From contig JBGSMD010000063.1 of assembly GCA_041740355.1 (NCBI GenBank), forward strand, positions 1 to 64,000: DNA of 64,000 bases. The letters are read 5' to 3'. The stretch comes from Bdellovibrionota bacterium. Its GTDB lineage: Bacteria; Bdellovibrionota_C; UBA2361; CALJRW01. Each line of letters opens with the position of its first letter. The stretch's first letter is position 1. Position numbers and translations under genes: made by a program. Shown piece after piece: positions 40,257 to 48,554 of the stretch. The notes under the pieces are model-generated. The model saw only the letters and a list, made by a program, of their open reading frames with translations, searched no databases and was not told where the DNA came from.

Positions 40257-41544
40257 CTATGATAATTTTAAACTTTGCCGGAATTAAATGCTCCCCTTCA
40301 AAATTAAATAAATCTAATTCTGAAGCAGGTAAGATCTGTTCTGTAATTGCTTGAACAACAAATAAACTTAAAAACTTTTGCTTTGCTACTAAAATTCGAA
40401 ATAACTCGCGACACTCGGCATACTCCCCAACACACTCCCAGGGTTTATTCTCTAACAATCCAGTTAAACGTTGAAATTCAACTAAGAGTTGTTCTTCGTC
40501 AAGTAAATTTCTCCCAAATATTTGTAGTAATTTTCGCTCCTCTAAAAAAGGTGCCAAACAAAGAAATACAAAACAACACTTGGGACACTTACCACACCAC
40601 TTTCCTGCTTGGTCACTCGTTATTTTCTTGGACTGATTACAGCTCACAAAAACGTCTAGGTATTCCTGATGCCTAGCCAATTGTTTAGCAATAGCTGCTT
40701 CAGAAAACTGACGTAATAGTGAAAAATATTCTAAATCGGAACAAATCTGCGTTTTAATAAATTTATTAAACTGCTCTTCAAAGTGAAACGACTTGCTGTA
40801 TTGATGATTTACTGCAGTTCCTAAATATTCCAAATTTGCCTCATTAGCAGATCGCTCATTTCCTAAGACAAGGTACTTCTTCTTGTAAATCAAAGCTGCA
40901 ACTACACATACCGCACCTAAAATTGCAGAGAATGGCACATGACCATTTAATGCACCTTGCTGATTAAGTATTAATAATTGCGGATCAATCTTTCTATGAA
41001 TCTCAACTAAGGATAAATTCTTTAACTTAGCAATCTCTTGAACTTGCGGATTCACACCAAGCGTTAATAAGAGTGGAGTTTCCTCCTTGATGATTTCCAG
41101 ACATAACATGGAATCTTTTCCACCACCCATCGGCAGAATTATTCCAGAGGAAGAACAATTTTCATAAGCAGTTAAACTTGAGAAAGAAGACACTGGAAAA
41201 TTAATTTTACTTCGAAGGTCGAGTTGATTGCGATAAGCAAACTCTTGTAATCCTAAGAAAAAGGTTTGATTAAAAAACTCTGCTTGCGTAGAATTTAAAT
41301 GAAAATTCTGATATTTAATAATTTCCGGTATTCCAACTTTGTAATAACTAATACCAAGAATTATATGCAGATAAGTTAAGCTAGTGACTAGTGTCGAAAG
41401 ATCAAGTTCACTTGTTGAAATTTTTGGAAAACATATTTCCTCTTGAAACAAATATTTGTCTAAAGAAAAATTAAATTTCACCCTGAGCGAATCAGAGCTA
41501 ATCTCAGTTTGATAATCAAGATATGAAAAGGTTTTAAACTGCAA
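40228..41544 (-). CDS. murL: UDP-MurNAc-L-Ala-L-Glu epimerase
   Basis: GISYYK, GLQEFAYRN, GGGKDS PP-loop, NGHVPFS, NERSA, NHQYSKS, SCN, WCGKCPKC, KPWECVG. Confidence 0.9.
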   Translation of the reverse strand: MQFKTFSYLDYQTEISSDSLRVKFNFSLDKYLFQEEICFPKISTSELDLSTLVTSLTYLHIILGISYYKVGIPEIIKYQNFHLNSTQAEFFNQTFFLGLQEFAYRNQLDLRSKINFPVSSFSSLTAYENCSSSGIILPMGGGKDSMLCLEIIKEETPLLLTLGVNPQVQEIAKLKNLSLVEIHRKIDPQLLILNQQGALNGHVPFSAILGAVCVVAALIYKKKYLVLGNERSANEANLEYLGTAVNHQYSKSFHFEEQFNKFIKTQICSDLEYFSLLRQFSEAAIAKQLARHQEYLDVFVSCNQSKKITSDQAGKWCGKCPKCCFVFLCLAPFLEERKLLQIFGRNLLDEEQLLVEFQRLTGLLENKPWECVGEYAECRELFRILVAKQKFLSLFVVQAITEQILPASELDLFNFEGEHLIPAKFKIIIDEYLRTNKK

Positions 41545-41687
41545 AGTAATAGCTATTAATAGACCAAATAATTTTATGCTAAATCAGCAAGTATGTAAAA
41601 AACAACTACAGTCAGTATTTTCTGTTTCCGCCAACACTTGGAAGGCTACTTATATCCTTAAACAGTTAATTTTGGTAAAATCTAATT

Positions 41688-42506
41688 ATGTTCAAATATC
41701 CCGATTCAAGTGGAGGCATTATGCCCAAAAGCGCAACTTCTACGGATATTCAAAAAATTAGCGATCTCTTAACTCATTATGGAATAAAAACTTACGACGA
41801 TTTCAACTGCCGACAACCTCTATTGGGCAAAGCCTTGGGACTAGACCCACAAGAATCTTACAGTGTTAAAAAAACTATCGCCCGCCTAAGACTATTTCAA
41901 ATCGAACAAGGGATCCAGTTACTCTCCAATACACCAAAGGAATATTTATGCTCAATAATTTTCAATAGAGATAATTTCAATACCAATTACATCGATTCGC
42001 GAGCTTTAGGAAAAGACATTGCGAAAGAAAATCTAGTCATCATGGTCGAAGCTTACCTTCAAAAACATGAAATCACGAATCTAGATCAACTCACAAAAAT
42101 ACATACAAAACTATCCACTGCTTTGGGGCTTCCAAAAGAAGAACGCCGCTCGGGCAAGTCAATCTCGATAGCTTTACTGAAACTTTGCGCCGAAGCTAAT
42201 AACTACCTACTTCCACCTACATTACCAAGCGAATATAGCCCGATTAGTGACCGTTCAAAAAAACTAGCATCTTTTTATTTTGATCCGAATATATTGGGAC
42301 AATTTGCGGAAACAAACCGGGAATTAGCCTTAGTTAAGTATCTTTTGGCTTATCGAATCAATTTTATTTCTGATTTAAATAAAAAACATTCTGCGCTAGG
42401 GTTTTTCTTGGGCCTCTCGGTAGAAGACAGGCGGAATAGAGCCAAACTAGTTGTCGCTCTAAAAGAAAAGTTTAATAATATAGCAAAGCGTTTGGAATTA
42501 GAATAA
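41688..42506 (+). CDS. Hypothetical protein with three internal repeats
   Basis: Three copies of L..[YH].I....D[FQL].....L...LGL. Confidence 0.65.
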   Translation: MFKYPDSSGGIMPKSATSTDIQKISDLLTHYGIKTYDDFNCRQPLLGKALGLDPQESYSVKKTIARLRLFQIEQGIQLLSNTPKEYLCSIIFNRDNFNTNYIDSRALGKDIAKENLVIMVEAYLQKHEITNLDQLTKIHTKLSTALGLPKEERRSGKSISIALLKLCAEANNYLLPPTLPSEYSPISDRSKKLASFYFDPNILGQFAETNRELALVKYLLAYRINFISDLNKKHSALGFFLGLSVEDRRNRAKLVVALKEKFNNIAKRLELE

Positions 42507-42578
42507 GTACTAACTTATTCCTTTTCATATTAAGAATTTAAGGCTAGTTTATTGTAAATTATATTCATACCAACAGTA

Positions 42579-43307
42579 GTGTACTTAGAAATAGAATTTA
42601 AATTTTTCATTGCAAATCCCCAACCTTCTTTTCTTGATGATTTAAAAAGTTGTCCCCAAAACAATATACTTTCCCAACATCTTTTTAGTCTTGAGAAGAG
42701 TAAAGAGATTCTAGTTCCTAAAGCAATCGAGCTTAGCGGAGATCCTCAGCTAAATAATGTTGGAGGGGAACTAAAAGGTCGCGTTAGAAGCATCACCCAT
42801 AATGGATTAAAAAAATACATCCTCGGACTAAAAGGTCCAAAAAATGAAAAATTTAAAGAATTAGATATTGTTTCCAAACCTGAATTTGAAGTGGAAATGC
42901 CTGAGTCTGATTTTAGTCTTTTAAAATCCCAAGCAGATTACGGAAATATTGTTAAAAATAGAACAAATGTTCCCTGTTCGGTAAGATATCAAGATCAAAC
43001 ACATCAATTTATTGTAGAATTTGATAATATTTTGGAAGTAAATGGAACTTCTTTGAAATCAAATTTTTTAATAGCAGAAATAGAAATCCCAGAGATAAAT
43101 TCTACTCACCTAATTCAAGTAGTTCGATCTGGGGACATAACTCTACACTTCTCTAATAAAAGTTACGATTTTAGAAAGTTAAATCCAGTAGAGGTTGCTG
43201 TTAATTGCTTAGAAGATTATTCTGACTTAATGGCAAGTCGTAAATTAGTAAATAGTATCGGACCAGAGGGTCCAAGTGAACATTTAAAAAAATATTTTAA
43301 TGAATAA
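42579..43307 (+). CDS. CYTH-domain (triphosphate tunnel) protein
   Basis: N-terminal EIEFKF, then RVR, K..EFE, KNR, EFD, AEIE. Confidence 0.75.
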   Translation: MYLEIEFKFFIANPQPSFLDDLKSCPQNNILSQHLFSLEKSKEILVPKAIELSGDPQLNNVGGELKGRVRSITHNGLKKYILGLKGPKNEKFKELDIVSKPEFEVEMPESDFSLLKSQADYGNIVKNRTNVPCSVRYQDQTHQFIVEFDNILEVNGTSLKSNFLIAEIEIPEINSTHLIQVVRSGDITLHFSNKSYDFRKLNPVEVAVNCLEDYSDLMASRKLVNSIGPEGPSEHLKKYFNE

Positions 43308-44376
43308 GAATATAGAACTCCTAAATAAAGCGGGCCAATCTATTTGGTATGACAACCTCTCTAAAGACATTCTTGTAAATGGGACTCTTGCTTCCTTAAT
43401 TGCTGAAGGCCTAAGCGGATTAACTAGTAACCCAGCGATCTTTGAACAATCGATTGCTAAGACTAATACTTATCTCTCCGAAATATCTGAACTCAAAAAG
43501 AAAGGACTTCCCGCCTCAGAAATTTGCGATCAGTTGATGATCAGTGATGTCGCGAGTGCCGCTGATTTATTATTACCAACTTATCAAGCTTCTGGTGGAC
43601 TTGATGGATACGCAAGCTTAGAAGTTTCCCCACTCTTAGCTGATAACACTTTAGAAACAATTTTAGCTGCCAAAAATTTTTGGAAAAAATTGAATCGTCC
43701 GAATATAATGATTAAAGTTCCTGCTACTCCTGCTGGAATTTCGGCGATTGAAGATTTAATTGCCTTTGGAATAAACATTAACGTAACATTAATCTTCTCG
43801 CCCCAAATCTACAAAAATGTTATTAACGCCTATCTTGGTGGTCTAGAAAAGAGACTGGAACAGGGACTTGATATATCCAAAGTCCATTCCGTCGCCAGCT
43901 TTTTCATCTCGCGAGTAGATACTTGGTTTGAAAATCAACTAGCAAAAATCCCGACTCTTAATAATTTAGTTGGACAGGTGGGTATTGCCAATGGACTCAA
44001 AGCCTATCAAGTATTTACAGAGAACTTTAGTACTGACCAATACCTTGATTTACAAACAAAGGGTGCTAATGTTCAAAAAATCCTTTGGGCATCTACTGGT
44101 GTAAAGAATAAAACGCTAAATCCCTTACTTTATGTTCAAGAATTACCAACTAATATTAGCGTGGCGACTCACCCACCAGCTCTAATTGATACTATTTTAA
44201 AGGCCGATCAATTTAAATTAACACCAGCAACTTTTGATTTTGAAGATGTGTTTGAGCAATTGGCTAATGCTTCTATAAGCACGGATCAAATGTATCGAGA
44301 ACTGTTACTAGAGGGTGTTGATAAATTTAAAGACTCCTTTAACCAATTGATTCAAGCAATAGAAAAGGCTGCTTAG
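43300..44376 (+). CDS. tal: Transaldolase
   Basis: GQSIWYDN, TSNPAIF, SLEVSP, IMIKVPAT, NVTLIFS, ASFFISRVD, LWASTG. Confidence 0.95.
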   Translation: MNKNIELLNKAGQSIWYDNLSKDILVNGTLASLIAEGLSGLTSNPAIFEQSIAKTNTYLSEISELKKKGLPASEICDQLMISDVASAADLLLPTYQASGGLDGYASLEVSPLLADNTLETILAAKNFWKKLNRPNIMIKVPATPAGISAIEDLIAFGININVTLIFSPQIYKNVINAYLGGLEKRLEQGLDISKVHSVASFFISRVDTWFENQLAKIPTLNNLVGQVGIANGLKAYQVFTENFSTDQYLDLQTKGANVQKILWASTGVKNKTLNPLLYVQELPTNISVATHPPALIDTILKADQFKLTPATFDFEDVFEQLANASISTDQMYRELLLEGVDKFKDSFNQLIQAIEKAA

Positions 44377-44408
44377 GGATTCTAATGTTTTAAAATTGAG
44401 TCTTCAGA

Positions 44409-45227
44409 CTAAATAAATAGGAGTAAGCTAACAGCCATCACGCCCATCCCTGCCACTAAGCCATAAATGGCTAGGTGATGTTCCCCATACTCTTTTGCTG
44501 CCGGCAATAATTCATCTAAAGAAATAAAAATCATAATTCCGGCAACAACTGCAAAGAGTATCCCAATGAAACTTGGGTTTGCACCAATGTAGGGCATTAA
44601 AATCAGATAACAGAGTAGCGCGCCACAAGGCTCCGCCAATCCAGAGACAGTAGAATACCAAAATGCTTTCTTTCTGCTACCTGTTGCCTGATAAATTGGT
44701 ACAGAAACAGCAATACCTTCGGGAATATTATGGATGGCAATTGCCATAGCAATCATTAGTCCAACTTGAGGATTATCAAGAGTCGCAATAAAGGTCGCCA
44801 TGCCTTCAGGAAAGTTATGTAAACTAAGTGCTAAGGCACAAAATAACCCCATCCTCATTAGTCTTCTGGCTGGAGCAGTTGTATCAGTTAGCTCCTCAAC
44901 ACTATGAGGCTCATGAGGATTTTCCACATCAGGAATCAAACGATCAATAAATGCTGTTAGTAAAATACCAAAGAAAAATGCGATTACGGCATAATCAGAT
45001 CCCAACGACTTGCCATACTCCGCAATTAAAATATCCTTCCCTTTTACTAGTATCTCAGCGAAAGAGACATAAATCATCACCCCAGCAGAAAATCCGAGAG
45101 CAACGGACAAAAATCTTTTATTGGTAGAATTAGCAAGAAAGGCAATGGCACTACCGACTGAGGTACAGAGCCCTGCAAATAAAGTAACTAAAAAGGCGAA
45201 GGCAATTTGATTAAATGTATATTCCAT
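44409..45227 (-). CDS. zupT: ZIP family zinc transporter
   Basis: GFSAGVMIYVS, NPHE, HNFPEG, HNIPEG, LDELLP. Confidence 0.93.
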   Translation of the reverse strand: MEYTFNQIAFAFLVTLFAGLCTSVGSAIAFLANSTNKRFLSVALGFSAGVMIYVSFAEILVKGKDILIAEYGKSLGSDYAVIAFFFGILLTAFIDRLIPDVENPHEPHSVEELTDTTAPARRLMRMGLFCALALSLHNFPEGMATFIATLDNPQVGLMIAMAIAIHNIPEGIAVSVPIYQATGSRKKAFWYSTVSGLAEPCGALLCYLILMPYIGANPSFIGILFAVVAGIMIFISLDELLPAAKEYGEHHLAIYGLVAGMGVMAVSLLLFI

Positions 45228-45284
45228 ATTTTAGATTTAGACTTAATTGAAAGTTTTGTCAGGTGTATACTGGATAACATTGAA

Positions 45285-45425
45285 AATTACTTTTTGTCAT
45301 AACTATAAAATAAGTCGCCTAAGAGATATTAAGTGCGAAGCACTTGTAGCGACCCTAAGTGGCCGCTCAGGCGTAAATGCATATTTTATAGGCATTTTAT
45401 CTGGGGAAAACAAATATACTAAAAC
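45285..45425 (+). repeat. TATAG-family end followed by a multi-hairpin repeat copy
   Basis: AATTACTTTTTGTCATAACTATA, then AAGTGC/GCACTT, GCGACC/GGCCGC, AAATGC/GCATTT and CTGGGGAAAACAAATATACTAAAAC, collinear with 32915-33010. Confidence 0.75.
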
Positions 45426-45539
45426 ATCAAAGCAAATTTTGATTATTTGGCAAAAGATTTCTTTAAACATTTATGAACTACTAGCTTGGGGAGCCCCTCT
45501 TTTAATAACCTTAAAGTAGGATTGCTCAGTAAGCAAAAA

Positions 45540-47138
45540 TTATGACGCTAATTCTAACTCTAATGGCAAAAATAAATGCTGTTTCGGCGGACGCCCCACT
45601 GATAGTGCTAACATATTATCAATTAAATTTTGATGACTCCAGTTGCTTTGCTCTAGCATCACTTTTTTTACTTCTTTCGGGAAGGCTGCAAATTGTTGGT
45701 AGCAATAAGCACTTTCGCTTTGATACTCAGATGCTCGAAGATTTAAATCAATCACATTGTCAGTAGTTAAAGGACGAATACCATCAAATCGATATTTCCA
45801 AATATCTAGAAATTGTGGATGTTGGTCTTTTAAATATTCAGGAAATTGTTCGCGATGACTCTTGGAGAGTTCAACAAACATCACGCACTCTCTTAGATGG
45901 GAGTAAATTGTATGTTTCATCGTACCGATACGCAGGCTTGAGGCCGCAGCTAAGCTGACAGGAAAAGTTTCATCACTACAATTAATTGCTCTCACAACTG
46001 TTGTTAGCGATTGAAATGCGGATCCCAGTTCATCTCTAGCAATTGCAATATCAGAACTATTTAAGTTAGTGAGGACATGCATTTTTGCCTCATGACCTAA
46101 ACCCATATTCGGGTAGAGGATATTGGTTAACTGTGCTTGGATTTTAAAAACATCTTTAGCGCTTTGTAAAAAACGGACATCGCCAGATGTTTGTCCAACT
46201 TGAAATAAAGCAACCCCCATGGAGTTACAACAATCAACAAAGTTAGAGGCATTTTCTTTAATAATTCTGAATAATGGATTTCGTATTTGATCACTGGCAG
46301 GAAATAGTTGTCTCCTTAAATCTGTATCAAAGTTAAAAGGGCGAAGAGGAGCCAATAATGAGTAGATCTCAGGATAATCTTTCATTCCATGTTGTATAAA
46401 TAGCTCAATTCTGGAAGCGACCATAGTCTGTGATAAGCATGCTTGCAAAATTCTTGCATCAGGACTTATATCCAGCCTAAGTTTTTGATAGTACTGATCA
46501 AAAGGATCTAATGCTTGACAGGCAGTTAAATAATTTTTCTTTCGAAAACAATCATAAGCTAATTCAATTGCTTTTTTGAGCATTGGAATGAAGGGGGGAT
46601 TAATTAAATCTTTCAGTTTATCTAGTGAAAAATTAGCTGGCTTTTCAGTTTCAATATTTGTTGCAGGAAAAAGTCTCTTTAAGTCTTGAGCTAAATACTC
46701 CCGAACTAAAAACAAAGGATGGCTTTGAGGTACTTCCGCTGTCTTGGAAAGATAAAATTCAGTCTGATTAAAATATCCCTGATGATAGTTCACTTCTGCA
46801 AGTACTATATTGAAATCTCTTTTATTTTTTAAAGTTGAACATTCTAAACAGGCATGAGTCCAACTCTCAGCTTGTTCAAATTGGTTAAAAATAATTTTCA
46901 GTCTTATATAATTCACTAATGCTTCGCTTTTTTCATTAGGAATACTTTTAGTTATTTGGTCGATCTCTTTTCTTGTTAGGTTGGCATGCGGTTGAATTCC
47001 AAGCTCTAATTCTAAGAGAAACTTCTTTTCCCTTAAGTTATCAAGATCGGCATTAAGAATTGAAGTCCTAGGCAAAGCTGCACTGGAGATGGATGATGGG
47101 ATAATGATGGACTGACCGATGTTAACTTCTTCTGGCAT
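45540..47138 (-). CDS. Hypothetical helical (TPR-like) protein
   Basis: 532-aa ORF with TPR-like segments LAEVNYHQGYFNQTEFYL and MGVALFQVG. Confidence 0.65.
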   Translation of the reverse strand: MPEEVNIGQSIIIPSSISSAALPRTSILNADLDNLREKKFLLELELGIQPHANLTRKEIDQITKSIPNEKSEALVNYIRLKIIFNQFEQAESWTHACLECSTLKNKRDFNIVLAEVNYHQGYFNQTEFYLSKTAEVPQSHPLFLVREYLAQDLKRLFPATNIETEKPANFSLDKLKDLINPPFIPMLKKAIELAYDCFRKKNYLTACQALDPFDQYYQKLRLDISPDARILQACLSQTMVASRIELFIQHGMKDYPEIYSLLAPLRPFNFDTDLRRQLFPASDQIRNPLFRIIKENASNFVDCCNSMGVALFQVGQTSGDVRFLQSAKDVFKIQAQLTNILYPNMGLGHEAKMHVLTNLNSSDIAIARDELGSAFQSLTTVVRAINCSDETFPVSLAAASSLRIGTMKHTIYSHLRECVMFVELSKSHREQFPEYLKDQHPQFLDIWKYRFDGIRPLTTDNVIDLNLRASEYQSESAYCYQQFAAFPKEVKKVMLEQSNWSHQNLIDNMLALSVGRPPKQHLFLPLELELAS

Positions 47139-47148
47139 TTATCATTTA

Positions 47149-47307
47149 CTACAGTTAAACCCTCCATTGAACATTTTTGAAAATATCAAATATAATATAG
47201 GAGGGTTTGGTTTCTACGGCAAAAAATGGCTAGGCCATTATTTTGCTCGCTCACCATGATTCATTTTTTGTCAAAAATGAATCATGGTGGTTTTAAATTT
47301 ACTGTAG
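47149..47307. repeat. Multi-hairpin repeat copy
   Basis: Outer CTACAGT/ACTGTAG, AAACCCTCC/GGAGGGTTT, TCTACGGCAAAA...TTTTGCTCGC and CACCATGATTCATTTTT/AAAAATGAATCATGGTG; parallels 27268-27425. Confidence 0.7.
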
Positions 47308-47405
47308 TTGATTTTGTGCCTTACGCAAATGTTTTTTTGGGCTAGTAAGCCCTTGTTGAGCCAACAAGGGCAGATGTATCTAAATCAGCTAAATTTAGAA
47401 AAGTT

Positions 47406-47455
47406 TGGAGGAGAGTGAGGGATTCGAACCCCTAACGGGGTTTCCCGAATCGCCC
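47406..47455 (-). pseudogene. Degenerate 3' half of tRNA-Ser(GCT)
   Basis: 47406-47431 is identical to the 3' 26 nt of the tRNA at 47503. GTTTCCCG from the variable arm is also retained. Confidence 0.75.
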
Positions 47456-47502
47456 AAACTTTAACGGCAATAATTTTTTGCAAGCAAAAAATTAAACCTT
47501 AA

Positions 47503-47592
47503 TGGAGGAGAGTGAGGGATTCGAACCCTCGGTACAGTTTCCCGTACACTCGCTTAGCAGGCGAGTGCCTTCAGCCACTCGGCCAACTCTCC
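47503..47592 (-). tRNA. tRNA-Ser(GCT)
   Basis: Cloverleaf GGAGAGT/ACTCTCC, anticodon arm CTCGC-CTGCTAA-GCGAG, long variable arm, CCA encoded. Confidence 0.97.
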
Positions 47593-47646
47593 ATAGTTAT
47601 TATAGATTTTTAGTACTAAAAATCAGAAATTGTATTCCACAAAAAC

Positions 47647-47734
47647 TGGAGGAGAGGGACGGATTCGAACCCCCGAAGCCTTGCGACTTGCCGGTTTTCA
47701 AGACCGGTGCCTTCAACCACTCGGCCACCTCTCC
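47647..47734 (-). tRNA. tRNA-Ser(TGA), copy 1
   Basis: Anticodon arm CCGGT-CTTGAAA-ACCGG, long variable arm, CCA encoded. Confidence 0.95.
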
Positions 47735-47865
47735 TTATAATTAATTGTAGATTTTTTTGACTGATTAATCAGAAATTCTTATCTATGCCAATCTGCCCTG
47801 AATAATCTTTGTAAAATTATTCAGGAGTACCCACCTTTGTTTTTTACGTAAGCAAAAACCAAAAA

Positions 47866-47953
47866 TGGAGGAGAGGGACGGATTCGAACCCCCGAAGCCT
47901 TGCGACTTGCCGGTTTTCAAGACCGGTGCCTTCAACCACTCGGCCACCTCTCC
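47866..47953 (-). tRNA. tRNA-Ser(TGA), copy 2
   Basis: Identical 88-nt sequence to 47647-47734. Confidence 0.95.
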
Positions 47954-48080
47954 TCAGTTTGGTGAGTTGAAATTATAAAATAATCACTTTAAATGCAAGT
48001 ATTTCAGAAATTTAGCAGTAAAAAAGATCCGTTTTTTGCATTTATCCCTAAATTCTGTTAGAAATGCCAACCTGAATTGT

Positions 48081-48154
48081 GCGCTTTTAGCTCAGCTGGA
48101 TAGAGCGTCTGACTACGAATCAGAAGGTCGGTGGTTCGAATCCTCCAAGGCGCA
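48081..48154 (+). tRNA. tRNA-Arg(ACG)
   Basis: GCGCTTT/AAGGCGC acceptor stem, anticodon arm TCTGA-CTACGAA-TCAGA; CCA not encoded. Confidence 0.95.
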
Positions 48155-48177
48155 TTTTTTTATCTTCAATCTATCTA

Positions 48178-48253
48178 TTGGAGGATTCGAACCATAAAAA
48201 AACACTGCGAATCCTTTTTTCGAGAATCGAAAAAATCCTCCAAGGCGCATTTT
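48178..48253. repeat. Inverted plus direct copies of the tRNA-Arg 3' end
   Basis: 48178-48194 is the reverse complement of 48132-48148. 48234-48253 (AATCCTCCAAGGCGCATTTT) is a direct copy of the tRNA 3' end. Confidence 0.85.
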
Positions 48254-48554
48254 CAATCTTTCGCTGAATAAAGAAAATAATATTAACACTTAGACATCAC
48301 TTTGAAGGATATTTCTTAAAACTACTCTCCAGATTTGCTAGTTTTTGGCAATCAAGGATTATAGCTTTTAATAATTTGCTATCTTTTTACATTCACAATC
48401 GGCATATGAAGAAACTATCAATTATCTTAATATGTTGAATATTTAAAAATACTCATTCTTTGAAGAGTATAGTAAAATCAAGGATGAATTTCGAAAAAAC
48501 TTTTTCGGAATTCCTGTTAGGTTGACTATCTTTGTTGTTTTTAGGCATTCAATC

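Noticed and set aside
45247-45519. 90-aa ORF
   Set aside because: It spans repeat elements, starts with TTG and has no protein-like motifs.
47502-47744. 80-aa ORF MEESEGFEPS...
   Set aside because: It is the antisense translation of two tRNA-Ser genes, a classic spurious ORF.
47400-48260. Possible CRISPR array or prophage att pair
   Set aside because: The repeats are tRNA-derived with irregular spacing, there are no cas or integrase genes, and the duplicated ends are only about 100 nt apart.
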